Shown piece by piece: positions 33,963-48,900 of a stretch of 64,000 nucleotides of DNA (position 1 is its first letter; the number at the start of each line of letters is the position of its first letter). Source of the DNA: Phallusia mammillata (taxonomy: Eukaryota); assembly GCA_965637545.1 (NCBI GenBank), contig OZ281494.1, positions 14,880,001 to 14,944,000 on the forward strand, in the 5' to 3' direction. Below the pieces are notes generated by a model, which saw nothing but the letters and a program-made list of their open reading frames with translations, was not told the DNA's origin and ran no database searches. The position numbers were made by a program, and so were the translations under genes.

Positions 33963-36900
33963 ATGGATAAAAGGCTTCTGCGACGATTTTTAGGTCTGGT
34001 ACTGTGGATTTGTTTGGCCGAGGTAAGGCGCCTGTTTCGCGGCGAAACCTAAAATTGAGTTGCGGTCGTTTTTTGACCAATGGCTGACTAACGAACACAC
34101 ATATTCAATATTGTAACTATACTATGAATGATACTACACTTTTATACACGTAACTCTATATTAATTTTTGCTTGAAAATGTTTCTGTACCGTAATGAGAC
34201 GATACATACGCTTAATTCTTAAAAAAAACATTGGCTTTATGCAAGCGCATTCGAATCGAAGTTAGCTTCGTGGTGTAGGACGTTGATATGCGGCACGAAA
34301 CTAATGCAGCTCTTGGGAATTGGCAAAAGTCCCGTGCGGCCTATTGCTTGACTTAGACATGATGATAGATTCGTTTCGCTTGCGGTAATCTGTACCACCT
34401 CTGTGACAGCTCATATACTGGTTGTACTTTTTTGTTTTTGCTGATTAACAATTCGTTCGTGAGGTCTATCATAAAGTAGGTTAAACAGACGGTGTAAAAC
34501 AGTAAAATGTGACAAGCCTAATTGGAATCCACTTAACAATTCCACATGGACATATGAAATTACGTCAGGATATTTCTAAGTTTGGTTGGTTTGATTTCAT
34601 TACCCAGTAGTTTATAATTTAGGCTTTTTTAAATATACACCAGTTACTCAAAGTTAAATACAGCTATAACATTTATGTTGTATTCACCCAATAACATTCG
34701 AACACTCAAAATCACAGTTTTTTACACTCAAAGTTGCGGGGACAGTTTGTCTTCTGTGTGTGTTAACTTTAGACTGTATAGGTAAGTGCATGACGCTGCT
34801 GTTTTACATTGTTTAACAGGTTGGTCGGAGTACCCCGTTGGGATTCTTCGAGTTGCAGATTGTGCGCTTGCAGAACACGGCCGGTGAACTTCTCAGTGGC
34901 GAGTGCTGCGACGGCACGCGTAACGAGAGTGGCTTATGCCTGGCCGACAGGTGCGACACGTTTTTTCGGGTATGCTTGAAAGCGTACCAGACAAGCAGTA
35001 GCGAATCGAATTCAGAAAAATGCATGTTTGGAACTGCGACCAGTCCTCTGTTGGGAAGTAACTCTCTGGTCGTAGAATCCATCGACGACCCTGACAACCC
35101 AGGTCGCTTTAAGATTCCACTGTTGTTTACTTGGATGGTACGTACCACATTTTTAATTCTCGCCGTTTCGAGTCACAGTGTTACTATTTAAGGCAATTTG
35201 GTTCGAGAACTGCCATGTACATTTGTTGGTGTAAATTAATGCTTCGGCGAGTCGCCAAGCGTCTTGACATAATGTTTATACTTTGCCGGGCAAGTAATCC
35301 AAGGTAAACAACAAAATATGCCAAGCCCACCCTGCTAACATATTCCAATCGTCCCATCACTATTAATAAGCCAATAAAACGTTGTCATGCGGCAATGTTT
35401 GCCGAGTGCGCATTCTACATAAGATGGTGCATTTTGAGTAAACAGTTGACGACGGTTCTACGTTGGTGTCAATTTCGCTGTTTAGCAAAGTATTGCGTTT
35501 TGCCTTTTATGTTCAACCTCATACCACCCTTAGTTAACCTATTTTAGGGCAAAATTTTTACTTAAAATAGCTGAACATTTTCGTGCCGAACGCCAATTGA
35601 ATAAATGTCTGTAAGCTGAAGTATGCGCTCGCGAGCGTTTTAATTTCATACAATTTCAAGTCACACCCGACACGAGGATTGGTGATAATTGCCGTCTGGC
35701 CTCTAATAACACCTTTGCAATTGAGGTGCTTCGTTTAAAAATTTGTACCTCTCTAGCCCTTTATACCTCATTCACGGGACAGTCATGTAATTTCATGGTA
35801 TTGAGCTTTGATTTGAGTATTTTGCTATAGTTCCACCAGTTACGAATAGGTCAACAGTTAGCACGTTTATAGTTAACACAAAAATTGCGTTTGGCGATAA
35901 TGTATCGCGGCGGTTATGTATTGTCTGTTGTCCCAAGCGGCCCTTTGATCCCGGCGCAATCGAGCTTGCTGGCACATTGTGTTGCGATAACGGCTCATTA
36001 CTAAAGCACTGTACGCTTACTCACTGGGCCAAGTCGCTGCTGTGATTGAGTCGTGTGGGTCGAATGGGGGCCCTTATCGTGAACAACAGCCCGGCACTTT
36101 CACATCAAACGCCAAGCAGTAAAACGAGATCGATTTCGATGTAGGGCAGCGTCTGCCAAAGTTGCGTTTTTGGGTTTTACGGCAGGCTGCAATCGTTTCG
36201 AATTTTTTATTTGTCGTTTGTGAACACAGCGCGTCCGGTTTTCGCGCCACGCCCGCTCGCATTGGCATTTGTTTACGTTATCTATTACGGCGACGATTGA
36301 CCGACGATCTCTGGTCAAATGCAGACACCGGGTGTCCAGACCTTAATCCACTTGTGCCTTCGCGCCTTCACGCTCGACGTGTCATTGTTTGTTGGGGTTT
36401 ACCTTTCGTTAAGTGACCGGCGATGAGTAAAGATAACGTCACAGCCGCATTAGAACTTTGCTGTTTGGACTGCTGGGTGTCTGAATGTTTTGTTCTCGTT
36501 ACAAATGCACCTGTGAGTGCAAAATCGTGTCGTGTGCGATACAGCGACGAGTGCTTCGCAGCGCGGGTGTTAGTAAATATTGGGTAACACATTTATTGGG
36601 TACGGCCAAGTGTTCGTAAATAGTACTGCGAAGATGACTGCGTGTTTCCCACTTAGACAGCCTTGAAGCAAACATTTTTTTCGCGTCTTGCGCACGCGAA
36701 ATGCCGGTTCTCACACAGGTGTGCACCTACCAGCGCTAATGGCCGCGAATTCAATTTAGTTTACAGCTTACGTAATAAAAACAGCCCTTCGCACATTCAA
36801 AAGTAAACAAACATTTAACATTTGGGAAAGACCTTAAAAGCTGTGCGGCGAATGTGTATTACACGCTGTGCCACCGTGACGTCTGAAAGTGCACCGGTCT

Positions 36901-39900
36901 AAGCCATCGTGAAGTTGTTGGAACATAACAATGGCCGGCTGTCAGCGCGGAATCAAAGAATGTGTACAAACGGAGCCAGCAATGTCCGGGCGGTCACGGT
37001 TAGGCCTTTGACAATTTCCAGATGTGCTGTTGCCCGCACGCCGTTCCTCTACTGGCGTTTTCACGCGCGAGCGGCTTAAATTGATTCTCGTCTCGCTTCA
37101 AGTTGCCTTGTTACCGGACCAGACTGTGAAATGTCCTCCCTGAACCCACTGCGGCCTGTTGTCGTCACGGCTGGGGCCGGCAACATCATTGACAGACGAA
37201 TTATAGGGAATTTGTTTTGAGCGAAGTTGGGACATGCTTCCGCTTCGTTGCTCTTCATAATGGTACACTGCGTTTGTCAGACCTTTGACTGCCGCGTACA
37301 TTTGTTGCGTAATAGTGTGTAAATTGAATTAAATGGGCGATCGTTCTTCCGTTTGTGACGCTTTTGCCGATTGCTAAAGCCTTTGTAATTGTTCCTTCGT
37401 CTCCCGCAAAGAAACAACCACCAATACATAAGAGGTTTGTTTGATTTTGGTTTGTAGGCCGCAGGGCTTTTTTGCACAATAGCTTTTAGTCTAACTTGGA
37501 AACCGAAATTAAAATTGCGATAGTGTACAACAATACACACTCGCGCAGTGATTACAAAGTTTTATGTGTTTTCATTTGTTATGTAGGTGTGTAAATGTGT
37601 TCGGTCGACGTAGTAACCGAAACTTAACCCGCAACAGTGAAAATAGGTAAACAGAAGTGTATAACCAACGCCAACAAAACAGACACAACCGTCATATGTG
37701 GTCGCATAGATATTACGCCAGCGCTTCCGAAGGCACAAGGTATTATACCTGGCCGTTACCTTTGCCCATATAACACGCCGTCCGTTCCGCCTGTCCAAAT
37801 GACGGGTGCTCGTTTGCTTTTCCCACGGTTCTGTTTGACCGCGACCGCCTAAACTTCGAGCGTCGACTCTCTCTTCTATTTGCGCACTGAACGTGCCTCG
37901 CTCCAATCGCTCGATCGCCTCCGCGCTCGTTTGTAGCCCTTGTCTGTGTTGATTTTGACCCAAACTGAGGTGTTGCCTGTTTCCTGGAGAATCGCTCGCC
38001 GCTCTTCTCTTACCTTGCGCCGCCCGACCTCGCCATCTAATTGTCTGTATCAAATAGCAAGTTCAGCATCAGGAGCATACCTCGCGGCCCAATCCCTGTG
38101 TGATCCCCCGTGCTTATGTCAGGTTGCAGTTCGAACCTCATATTACGGAATCACGAGCCATTTCGTTCCCGGCGCAATATACAAGTTTCAAAGCACCCAT
38201 TTTTTACAATTACGCATTCCTTATTTGGAATGTCTGCCAGAGCAAAAATGAAACGACGTTTCGAAAGTGTGTGTTTATACTCTGGCGAAAATCTGGTGAC
38301 GGTAAACAAAGAAGCAGATGTAAGAATTGATCGTCTTGCACTAGTGATCACGTGTTGCAGTTGGCTTTTTGTGTGCTTTAAACCAATCACCGCGGAATGA
38401 ACCACTTAAGCCGACGTCACTAAACAAGCACCGGCCCAGCTGTAGAGCCTGAGAAAAGCAAGCAAGCGCAAGTTAACGACGCAACTAAACTTCAGTCAAT
38501 GAGATTTCTTTTGTGGTTGCCCATTATGTCCATTGTTAAAAATATGCCCCCGTTTTATCGACTTCGTCGAAATCGGCAAGTAAATTTTTAATGTCATATG
38601 CATTACAATTAAATTACATTATAAAACACAGTTTCTAGCCTGTCGAAAACCAACAACAACACTGAATTCTCCTAAAAAGACGATTAGGACAAATTAGAAT
38701 TTATACGATATGTATGCAATAAAGCAGGAGAAAAGTCAGGCACAAATTATTATTTCAAAGGCTGCGACGTAATATCTCCGAATAGCGTGACGTATTTATG
38801 ATGATAAATCCGCGCGATCAACAGGACTCTCCTTTATATGCGATTATTTCTAAATCAGTTGAGAGACCCAATTTGTGTGTAATCGCATGCGCATGACAAT
38901 TCCTCATTTGCGCACATTTGAGGCCGTATTACGTTTCTCGCCAATCTAGGGCGTACTGTCGTGTTTTGTTTATTCCAAGACTCGAGAAAGACACCTTTTT
39001 CGGTCTCCTGTCTGCTACCACGAAACGAGGCGTTTTCTTTACATGTGTCCAGTACAAAAGCACCCGTGTCCAATGTAACGTTATATCACCAAAGCGTTAC
39101 ATTTCCGACTAAGTAGCAAAGCGCTAGGAGAATGTATGAGCTGGTGACAAGCCGGGGAGAAAGATTTCGGGAATCACAATGGCCAATGTGGGACGAAAAA
39201 CAAACTCTGTGTTTTGTCACTTGCTTGCGTCAGGTGGCGGTTGTAGCTTTTCGCCGATCTCCTGATGTATCGCATTACACTTCGTAGACACTGAGGTGTT
39301 GTGCTTTCGTCGGCAAAAAAAAACGTTTCTATTTTTCACTGAATTAAACTTTCCTATGTCTTGTACTGGCTTTTGTTCTGCTGGACAATCATCTTTCTGG
39401 GCAAACATACTTTGATATCATGTTGTATCTTGAGATATTTTACGTATGCACTGATAAGTACACTTGTCGCAATCTTACATTAGTTATATATACCATAGCC
39501 AGGGATCGGAAATATAATTAAGTATTCTAAAAAATCCAAAGTTAGTTCAAAATATATTATCTTTTTGCAGAGAACATTTACTTTGGTTATCGATGTATTG
39601 GACATGGACCAAAGAAACGGTAAGCCTAGTCATATTGACATTCTTCGTATGTTCAACACACACCCAAACTTCTGTTTATTAACAGGGGATAGTGGTGAAG
39701 AAAATTTTGCGTCTGAGGTGATAGCCCGACATACTCATTCGAGCATGCTGAATCCCAGTTCTGAGTGGCACTCATTAAGCCACAGCGGGCGAGCCGCGTA
39801 CTTGGTGTATCGTATTCGTGTGCGCTGCAACAAGCATCACTATGGTTTTAACTGCACCAAGTTTTGCGAACCACAAGCAAATTATTTTGGACACTACACA

Positions 39901-42900
39901 TGCGACAGAAATGGCAACAAAAAATGCATGGACGGATGGATGGGTGAAAACTGTAACAAAGGTACAAAGAGTAGTTATTTGAAAAAAACGCAGCGCCACA
40001 ATTTGATTTTGTCGGATTAGGAATTAACAAATAGCCCCTTCATGGTGTCGGCGACCTCTGTAGGCTTACGCGCGGGCATCCCCGACCAACAGGATTTAGC
40101 ACGCGGGGGCGCCCGCATCCGACCCAAATCGTAATTTTATAATTTAATAAACCGGATTAGCATCCGACGCGCCGCCTCTGGTTTGCCGCTTTGTCACGTG
40201 GTCGTGTAACTCGTCCAACCACAATAAGCGCTGTCCAAAACGGGGGTGATGGTGTCAGGTGTCCATTCGAGTTCGACAAAGTCAACACGGCCTGACCTAA
40301 CTGCTGTCCAGCCGCCTGCCGCCCGATATACTGTAACACCCTGACTGGCACGCGAACAACGCGTGGATATGTTCCTAGCAAATCTGTTACCGAGTTCCAA
40401 TTGGGATTTCCAGTTCCCCGGCACAGTTAGCTTAGCTAAATTGCCTAGTAACGCGCTTTACCGCGCTTTTCTCACACGTCAACGGGTTGAAAGCTGTATG
40501 ATTATGAAGAAATTTACATTCTTGTGTGCCAAGTTTCGGTCGTTTTTTAAGCACTGTTTTAAATGTTAATTTAAAAGATTAAATTTGAAACTGAATACTT
40601 ACGTAATTAGCCCAAAATATTAGTTAAACCCTCACGCATTGCGATGTACTGTGTTTAGACGGAGAGCTATTCGTATATTACTCATTCGTTCGCATACAGT
40701 CCAAATATAACATCAAATCCACATGTGTTGATATGTTTTTATCTTTGCAGCGATATGCAAAGTTGGATGCAGCATAGAGCACGGCTTCTGCGACATCCCG
40801 GGGGAATGCAAGTAAGTCGCTTATCACGTCTATACGCTTTGCCAGTCGACTGTATATTGCGCGCACTGTCGTATGGACTTTGAAATCGCGATAGCCTATA
40901 AACCGCTGTATCCGGGGCGGATTGTCGTCATTACACAATAAGCCTGACAAAGTTTCGCACCTTTTGATGACCTCCGTGCATGAGTGCGTTCCCAGCCATG
41001 CGCGACGGCCGGGACGCAAGCCGAAACCGGAAACCATCCGCGGAATCGCACTCGGTCAAGTCTTCGGTCAAAGAGCATTTCCTCATCAGCAACCAGTTAT
41101 TTAGCAGATGCGGTCGAGCCTAAGTTACAGGCCATCAGTTATTATTGCTGGCAACGATTGGCCGTTAATTGTTGGATAGCGTGCAGTGCATGACTGTACT
41201 TGTTGCTCCTAGGCCCTTGTAAGCCATTTGATGTTCCCCGCATGACTCTGTTTAGACAGTGTGTCGTTGTAATGGATTTTTTGTATTTTATATTGGAGAT
41301 CCCTATTTACTTTTCCCGGGGTTCTTTATACAGCACATATTCGTTTGTGTTACTGACCAACTTTCAATTCAATTCTAGGAACACAATTAGTTTTGATTAA
41401 AATGATAAGTCATTAGTTTTAAGCAAAACGTATGTGAAGTTATGTTTAGAATTTAAAAGAAAACTTGCGTTATTTGTGTTTCAAACTCAAGCCCTTAAAT
41501 CCCATGTTACACTAGTCAACCTTTATCCAATTCTTAAGTGTTTTGTGGGGCGCGCGAAAACGTCGACCTTGCGCACCTTGAAGTCGTTAGATCGCTAAAA
41601 AGCATTTTCTGTGAGCATTAAACAGCTCTGTAGTTGTACAGGAGCTCCTCTACGTTGAGTTTGGGGGACTCCGTAAACGCACGACGTTAGATCGGAAAAC
41701 TAGTCTGGTCGGCGCCGATGCGAAGTTTTGCACACAACATCAGGTTGTCCCGCACAATAGCTCGGGTCGACCATCTGTGCTTCGAATTACTTCTTGCGAT
41801 TGATTAGTGGATATTAGGAATGGAGCAGCCCGCAACACTGATAGTGCTTTGTCCCGGGCGATAGAGTTGTACTTGCAGGGCATCGGGTGGCCGCCGCCCT
41901 TTGAAGTGGTCCGTTTGATGCCCAGATGAGCCCGCGGTTTAGATGACACACATTTGCTGTCGCCAGTGCGCCTTGCCAACTTGGCACTCGATTACACATT
42001 CCCGAAAGTTTTGCCCTAAAACAACATTCCTGCTTATTGTTGACCTATTTCTAGTTACTTTCTTGCCACTTTGGGTTCCGAAAGAATACTTTGCCATCTT
42101 GCAACTATCACAAAGGGTTTAAAAACGGTTATTTTGTGCTAACGAAGTGTTTTACAGAACAGCGACTGTGAAGCGTTTGGGCTTGGTTTAAAGCAGTTAT
42201 TTTTTCTTCAAATGCGCCAGACGACAACAAACGTGTTGTTTTTCGTGTCAACTTTAGAACTGACTCATTGGAAATCGCGTTAATTGATCAGTGCAATTAT
42301 GTTGGAATGTTTACGCCAAGTGACAGGCTCCTGTATAACCCATATTAAAATACCTTAGGAGCTGGATCCGCTATAACTTGTACACAGTCTTTGTTTCGAG
42401 TACTCCAACATCAAATAGAGCGGTGTTGATTTTCATCCACCACGTTTGCTCTTGTGTTGTATTTTCAAGACAGTGACTAGATAGGGCGGTTTGTTGATTG
42501 GGCGCTCGCTTTGAAACCGTAGGGACCACGCTACAAAATAGGAATGCGGCTTAGGAAATAGACAGGAATTTGTTGTCGAATGGAATTTGTTTGTTGCTAT
42601 CTTGAATATCCGGAGCATTGCCATATTTGTCTATTTGCGCGTTGATTTATTTTTAAACGTTGACAACGCTGTCGTACGCGGGGGGTAGGATAACTGCCAT
42701 ACCGACATTCGAGTTTCCGTAAATTTACGGACCCTTGGCTTGCACACGCAGCGTCGACCCGAGGCCAACTGCACACAGCGACGGCATGTCGCTAAGTGGT
42801 CGTGCTTTGAAATGTTAGACACGTGTTGCTGGGAGCGGCAACAAGACCCACCTGGCGCATCAGGCATGCCACGGACACCACCGGGCCCATCGTCACCAGA

Positions 42901-45900
42901 GTCAACATTTTCGCATGTCGCACCCCGTCCGTAGGCAGTTAGGCACATACCATCTAAATTTGGATGTTGAGATTTGCGGCCTGCAGCGCTGACGTAACCG
43001 TCTACTCACTTAATGATAGGTACGTTTTACACGTGACTTTAGTGAAGCGATGCGTGACGTTAGCTTTCCAAAATGTCTAGCCATTGGAATCGGCTTAGGA
43101 GTCTGAAAAAGTCCCAACGAGAAAGACGAAATGGCTTGACGTCCACGATTATGGTCAAAGTTGAGTCCGCTCCCCCTTAAGTGTACGCAAAACATACTTC
43201 ATTGACATCGCATAAGATGGCCCCAAGCAGAGAGGGCGCGCGCTACAAGGCTACACAACACAACACGCCTCTTTCACCTTTCCTCGGTGACGGAGTTCGC
43301 GCGCAAGCAGTGCTCCTGTGCGCGGCGCATCACTCCGCTTAGACCGCGAATGTGCGTCGCGTCGTTTTTTCCCGTGAGAAAGTGGACTGTGGCGCGTGGG
43401 CCGCAAGATCTTTTGTCTCCTGTATGATCAGCGCCCTTCTATTAATTTGACTTAGCCCCGCGTGCGCTATACGTTGGTACTGGGGGAAGACGAGTTTGCT
43501 GGGATGAAGTCGGGCGCAGGTGCGGCACGTGCTGGTGTCGTATCTTGCAGAACCCGTTACGAAGCGCGCGTTTGTTTTTTAGAATGCTTGTTTAATGGCG
43601 ACACGATTTCCGATATTACCATGAAGCACAGTGTTTGCCGTAATGATGCTTGTTCAAACCACGTGGCATTGCCAGTTCATATAGAACACAATTTGTGAAC
43701 ATTTTTACAACTTCATAAAGTAAACATTGTAGACAGGGTACATTTTTTTCGCGGTTACACAGTTCTGTTTATTTATGCCCAAGGCAATCGGTATTTTTTT
43801 CCACACGACTGCACTTGACCCACGAGCACCCTAAGGTCAACGCGCAAATTTTCACATTGCTTACATCGCTTGGACTTAAACTAGAATGACATGGGCCTCA
43901 CACGAATCAGGCTTCCGTCGGCACTTACTGGACAAACCGTCTGCACTCGTCGCTCAGTTGAACGCCCCTGAATCAACAACGCGCCCTCCCTGTCCCTTTA
44001 ACAGTTTTCTTCACCACAGTGCGTTGAAATGACGGATTATCTATAGGACTTGTTCCTGGAACAACAAACTTGATTCCGGCATTAATGCCCTGATAACACA
44101 TCCGGCCTGTTTTTGAAAGATGCTGGTGTTTTTCTCGTCAAGTTGATTTTTTAATGCGTGGGTTCTGCGTATAATTTTGCCGTATTATAAACTTGCGGTT
44201 GGATCACGAAACTAATCACTGTGTGAGTTTTTTCTCTGGTGCGCAGCGATTTAACCCGCGGCGATTTTCTCGCCAAATCGCGTTGTCGAAACAGTATTAA
44301 GCCTTGGTAAAGATAAGCAGGTTAACCATCTTCCACAAAAATAGATTGGATCTGTATTTAACTGGCACCAATACTTTGCAAAGGCCACAACTTAAATACG
44401 TTTTCGGGTTGTTACGAAAAAACATTCAGATTATCAGGCGTGTTGTTTTGCAGCCAAGTTAAACGCCACTTAGCTGGTTTTCGTGGCGAATTCCGCAACA
44501 CGCAATTGATCCAATGATTATTGTATCCCGTTGCCATAGCGCGCTGTACGAGCGGCCGAGTATCTGTTTACGCGGTCTCCGGAGTCTCTTGCATGTCAAC
44601 AAGCAAATTCCCCTCGAAAAAACATTTTGCGCGGTGGGAAAAACTAATCGGAGGGAAGGCGGCGCCAAGTTTTGATCGTCAATCATTGTAGGCTTGTCAT
44701 AGCGAACGTCTCACCCGTTCTAATCACAGTACGCCCTTTTGCTAGTTGGTATTATTATCACGGGCGTGGCAGCTGCAAAGACAGGTGTCGGAGTCTGGGG
44801 CAGACCGAACTGGCGGTCGAATTGAACCGGTTGATGTGTTAATTTGCAGTTTGTAGATATTTTAGTGTGCGCGCGTGCGATTAGTGGCGGCCGCTGAGTT
44901 GTATTGCACTTGAAACTGACGCAAATCTTGCTAAACTGACCATTTTGCAGCTGTGATTTTTGTTTGTGGGGTTGCGATCCAAAACATGTGTTTGTGTAAG
45001 TTCGTTTTTGTGTGTGTAATAACCTGCGAACACGACGAAAGCAGTAATCGGCAAACGGTTTTTATCCTTACATAGCATCTGTCCATTTAGCCCAAAATTC
45101 AAAGATCGTGGGGGGCTTTCCCTTTTTAAAGCCTCATCTCGCCTCCATCTGTTACCAGCCGTGAACCAAATTGCGTTAAGCCAGCGAACCACAATACAGG
45201 TGCATAGAAAAAATAACGTTAGCCCGGCTATTTATTCCGCGAGATAGAATAATTCTCGCGCGTCGGTCGATACAAAATCAATCGCCAGCGTTCCAAGATG
45301 GTGACCTTTCGGTCCGGGGTCACGCCTGGGCCGATCGCTGGTCGCTTTTAATTTGTCGCGTTTTACAAGCAACGACAATTCGCCAAAGCGTGTCCTCTAT
45401 TATCAATTAATTGTTGAACTGCAACTGGCTGCACGCGCCTTCGCCATATGCCGCTAAACCGCAAGCGGATCTATGGGCATGAGTTTATCGCGGGGTAACA
45501 TCTGGCTCGTGACCAATTGGAAGCGACCCCCGATTTCGGCAAATTCAAAGAATCCCCCGCTGTGGCATGTAAGACTGTGTGAGAAATGCGCTAATGCGAC
45601 CAGCTGAACTAAAAATTTCTTTTGTTTTGTATATGTTTTGCGATTTTGTAGAATTGTGATATCTTGAAGGTATTGTTGGGGAGCAGTTTGGAATTTTATT
45701 TAATCTTTACTTTCACGGCCCATGTATTAAATTTTGTCTTGCCTTTTATGACTTGTGTAAATTTTTGATCGACTTATCACATTTTGAGTAAACTTCAGTC
45801 AGTTGAACTTCACACGTTTTCGCGGCGCTCCCTTTCCGAGAAACCACCATCTCCCACCGTCTGCCAAGGTTGCCCATTGCAACATGCGCGCGGTTTACAT

Positions 45901-48900
45901 TAACTTCGAGATTGCGCCGCATTCCAGACATAATGGCTCTAATTGTGCTTGTCGGTTATCGCGAGCCGTCGAAACTGGTTTACAAAGCCAGTGCGATGTT
46001 CCCCGCCTGAAGTGATGCGGGCGATTCGTGTTTTTGAAATGCCTGACGCTCTTCCCCACTCCTCTCATCTTGTCTCTTTGTTTCTCCCGTTGCGCATTCC
46101 GCGCTTCCCTGCGGGTCGGGGGCCCGTGGGAAAATAACCCATGCGCGACCACACAGACCCCGCTCCCGGTAGGCCCCATAACCCACCCCAGCCTTGCTGA
46201 GTCCTTCTGGCTTAGTGGTTGACGCGACCGCTGGCTTGACGAATTATTTTCGCTGCTCTGCGCGAGATCGCTATGTTTACTAATATTTACCGGCTTAGCG
46301 CGCAAATTGGCGGGCCGTCAGATTTGCACTGGACCCTCCACTGTCCCGGCAAATTTATGTATCATTCCTTGAAGGCAGTAATCGCGTTTTAATTAGCCCG
46401 ACGGGTCGTGCGGAATACACGCGCCATAGCCAGACAGACTGCTTGGTAACAAAATATTCACGACCGGCTCAATGGCTATGCCCATCTTTAGCCGCGAATG
46501 AGCTAAAGCCTTGCGCACGTTCACGCATACAGGCCAAGTTTACTTTTGCTTGTTGATCAGATAACGACTCCTTGGGCGTGGGAAACGACTTGCTCGGGCA
46601 TGATAGTAATCACGCTTAGCGCGTTCCTCGGCCTGACCCGCGTAGCCGCTTGATATTGCCCGATCGTTTAATAAAACCGCGGTTAATTGGCAGTGTGGCA
46701 GAATTAATGAACGCGTGAGTTGATATTGCTCTGTACGATCGTGGTGCGCTCAAGAGACCTAAATGCGTGTAAGACTGTAATAAGTTGTACACTTTTTACC
46801 TTTTTATACCGGATTGGTATTTATCTGTCGATTTTTTGGGTTACTGATTAGCTAAGGTTATGAAGGTTATTTGCAGTCACGCAATCTAAAATGTCGCAAT
46901 TGGACTTGTGTCGTCATTATTCCAATAGTCCAGTTGCTAAAAAGGGGGAACCGCTAAGCCGGTGTTTCCATCTCGTTGTCTGACAATTTACGTGTCTCGA
47001 CTCTGCGTACCTTGTAACTCTTGCGAGCAACCGCTATCTATGAACAATCGCGTGCATTTGGATACACGCTGCGGTAAAAGTATGCCCCGTTTTGTGGTCT
47101 AAGCCCATCAACAGATAAGGATGGTTGTTGCTTGTATTCTGCAACACGGTCTTGATATAGAAACTGTAGATGGTTTTGGATCCATGGTTTAAAGGTCCAG
47201 GAGTGGAGAAGGAGCTTGCCTTGCTTCACGAATAGCGCGGTGTCTGGGATTAAGCCATTCAAGCAGTTAATTGCGCACATAAGAGGCGGTGAAGGGTCTG
47301 TGACTGATATCATCGCTTTTCATAAACATTGTGCCTGAGCAAAACTTACTGTACAGTGTTGTGATGAAGTAAGGAGAACGTCCCTAACCCTTGTTACTGT
47401 TTGCTACCACCGAAACTTGTTCACGAGTCACGTTAGGTCTTTATTGCTGACTTGCAATCTGTATTTTGATCTTAGCTTTTATTTTATTGCGTGAGTGAGT
47501 AGCGTTGGGGGCAAGTTCCTAGCGCACATTTTACATTTATTTTCGATACCGACAATTTTTTTAGGATTGTGTTTTAAAATGCAACATACCAAGTGTTTAT
47601 CATGCAAGGATTCGGTTAAATTTTACCTTATTTCTTCATCAGGTGCAGACTGGGATGGCAAGGTGAACGTTGTGACAGTTGCATAACGTATCCTGGATGT
47701 TTGCATGGAACGTGTCGCGGGGAAACATACGACTGCCAGTGTGATACAAACTGGGGTGGCCTTCTCTGCGACAGAGGTAGGACGTCTAATGCACAATCAC
47801 AATCGAAAGAAATATACTGAACTTGTGTTCTATGTGTTCCAGATCTTAATTATTGCGGAACGCATAAGCCCTGCATGAACGGTGGCCATTGCTCCAATCC
47901 CGAACCGGACAAATTTAAGTGCACATGCCCTGAAGGGTACGAAGGAGTAAGATGCGAGATCGGTGGGTACAAAAGTTTTTGCTTGTTGTCAAACTTTGTG
48001 GCCTATTTTTCAAAGTTATTTCATTGACATGCTTAACCGAAAATTACACTTTTCAACACGCGGTTAAGTGTGTGTATTTTAGCTTTAGAGCTTAGACGAA
48101 GTCGTGGCAATTTATTAAGTTCTAAAAGAAATAAGTTTGATATGTATTTAGAATCTTTGACACAAATCCGTGTTATCAAAACTTTTTGTTTACATTTCAC
48201 TATGCGTCTTTCGGCAAAAAATGCGCAGCGATATGTTTTTTCATGGCCTTCTGCCTTTTCGAGTGTTAACTACGAGTTGTTTGTGTTAGGGTGAGTGTTG
48301 CTAGCTCGCGGTCGACATGTGAGTGTGTGTGTTCTCCGGCGTGTGTGCATCATCCCATGAGCGCCGCCTTTCGCACGCTCGTCTATTTCTGGGCCGATCT
48401 TAATCTCGATTTGATGACTCGCGCGTTTCTCTACGACAGAGTTTTGCCCCACGCTCTCGCCTAAGCCCGGTTATTACACTTAGATGTAACGAATGTGCGC
48501 CTGTAATCAAATCCAAATTGAGCCGACTCCCGATAAAAATTGGGGTCAATACTACGAGTCAAACTGCTGTACTAGTTTTACTCGCTTTTACAGCTGCACA
48601 TTTTTTGTGGACCGGTCAGTGATGCCTGCACATAAGGGAGAAACCATTTTTAGAAAAACTGTGCATTTGTTTCGTGTAACTAAGCGTTTTATGCCCAACT
48701 AAACGTATATAGGCCACCAAAAGGCATTTTCAATCATTTTGCGTTTGGTGCTACAAAACCTTATAAGCTCAATATATACATGGTTTTCGAACACCACATA
48801 TTGGGAGTCCAAGAGAACGCCTGGTTCAAACCACATCCCATCTGCGGTGAGATCTTAACCCTAGAATCCGAAAACAATAAAAGCGCACCTGGTTTCAAGA

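Noticed and set aside
46689-46700. miR-34-like (TGGCAGTGT) and, at ~54225, miR-7-like (TGGAAGACT) seeds
   Set aside because: The matches stop at 9 nt and no precursor hairpin is evident.
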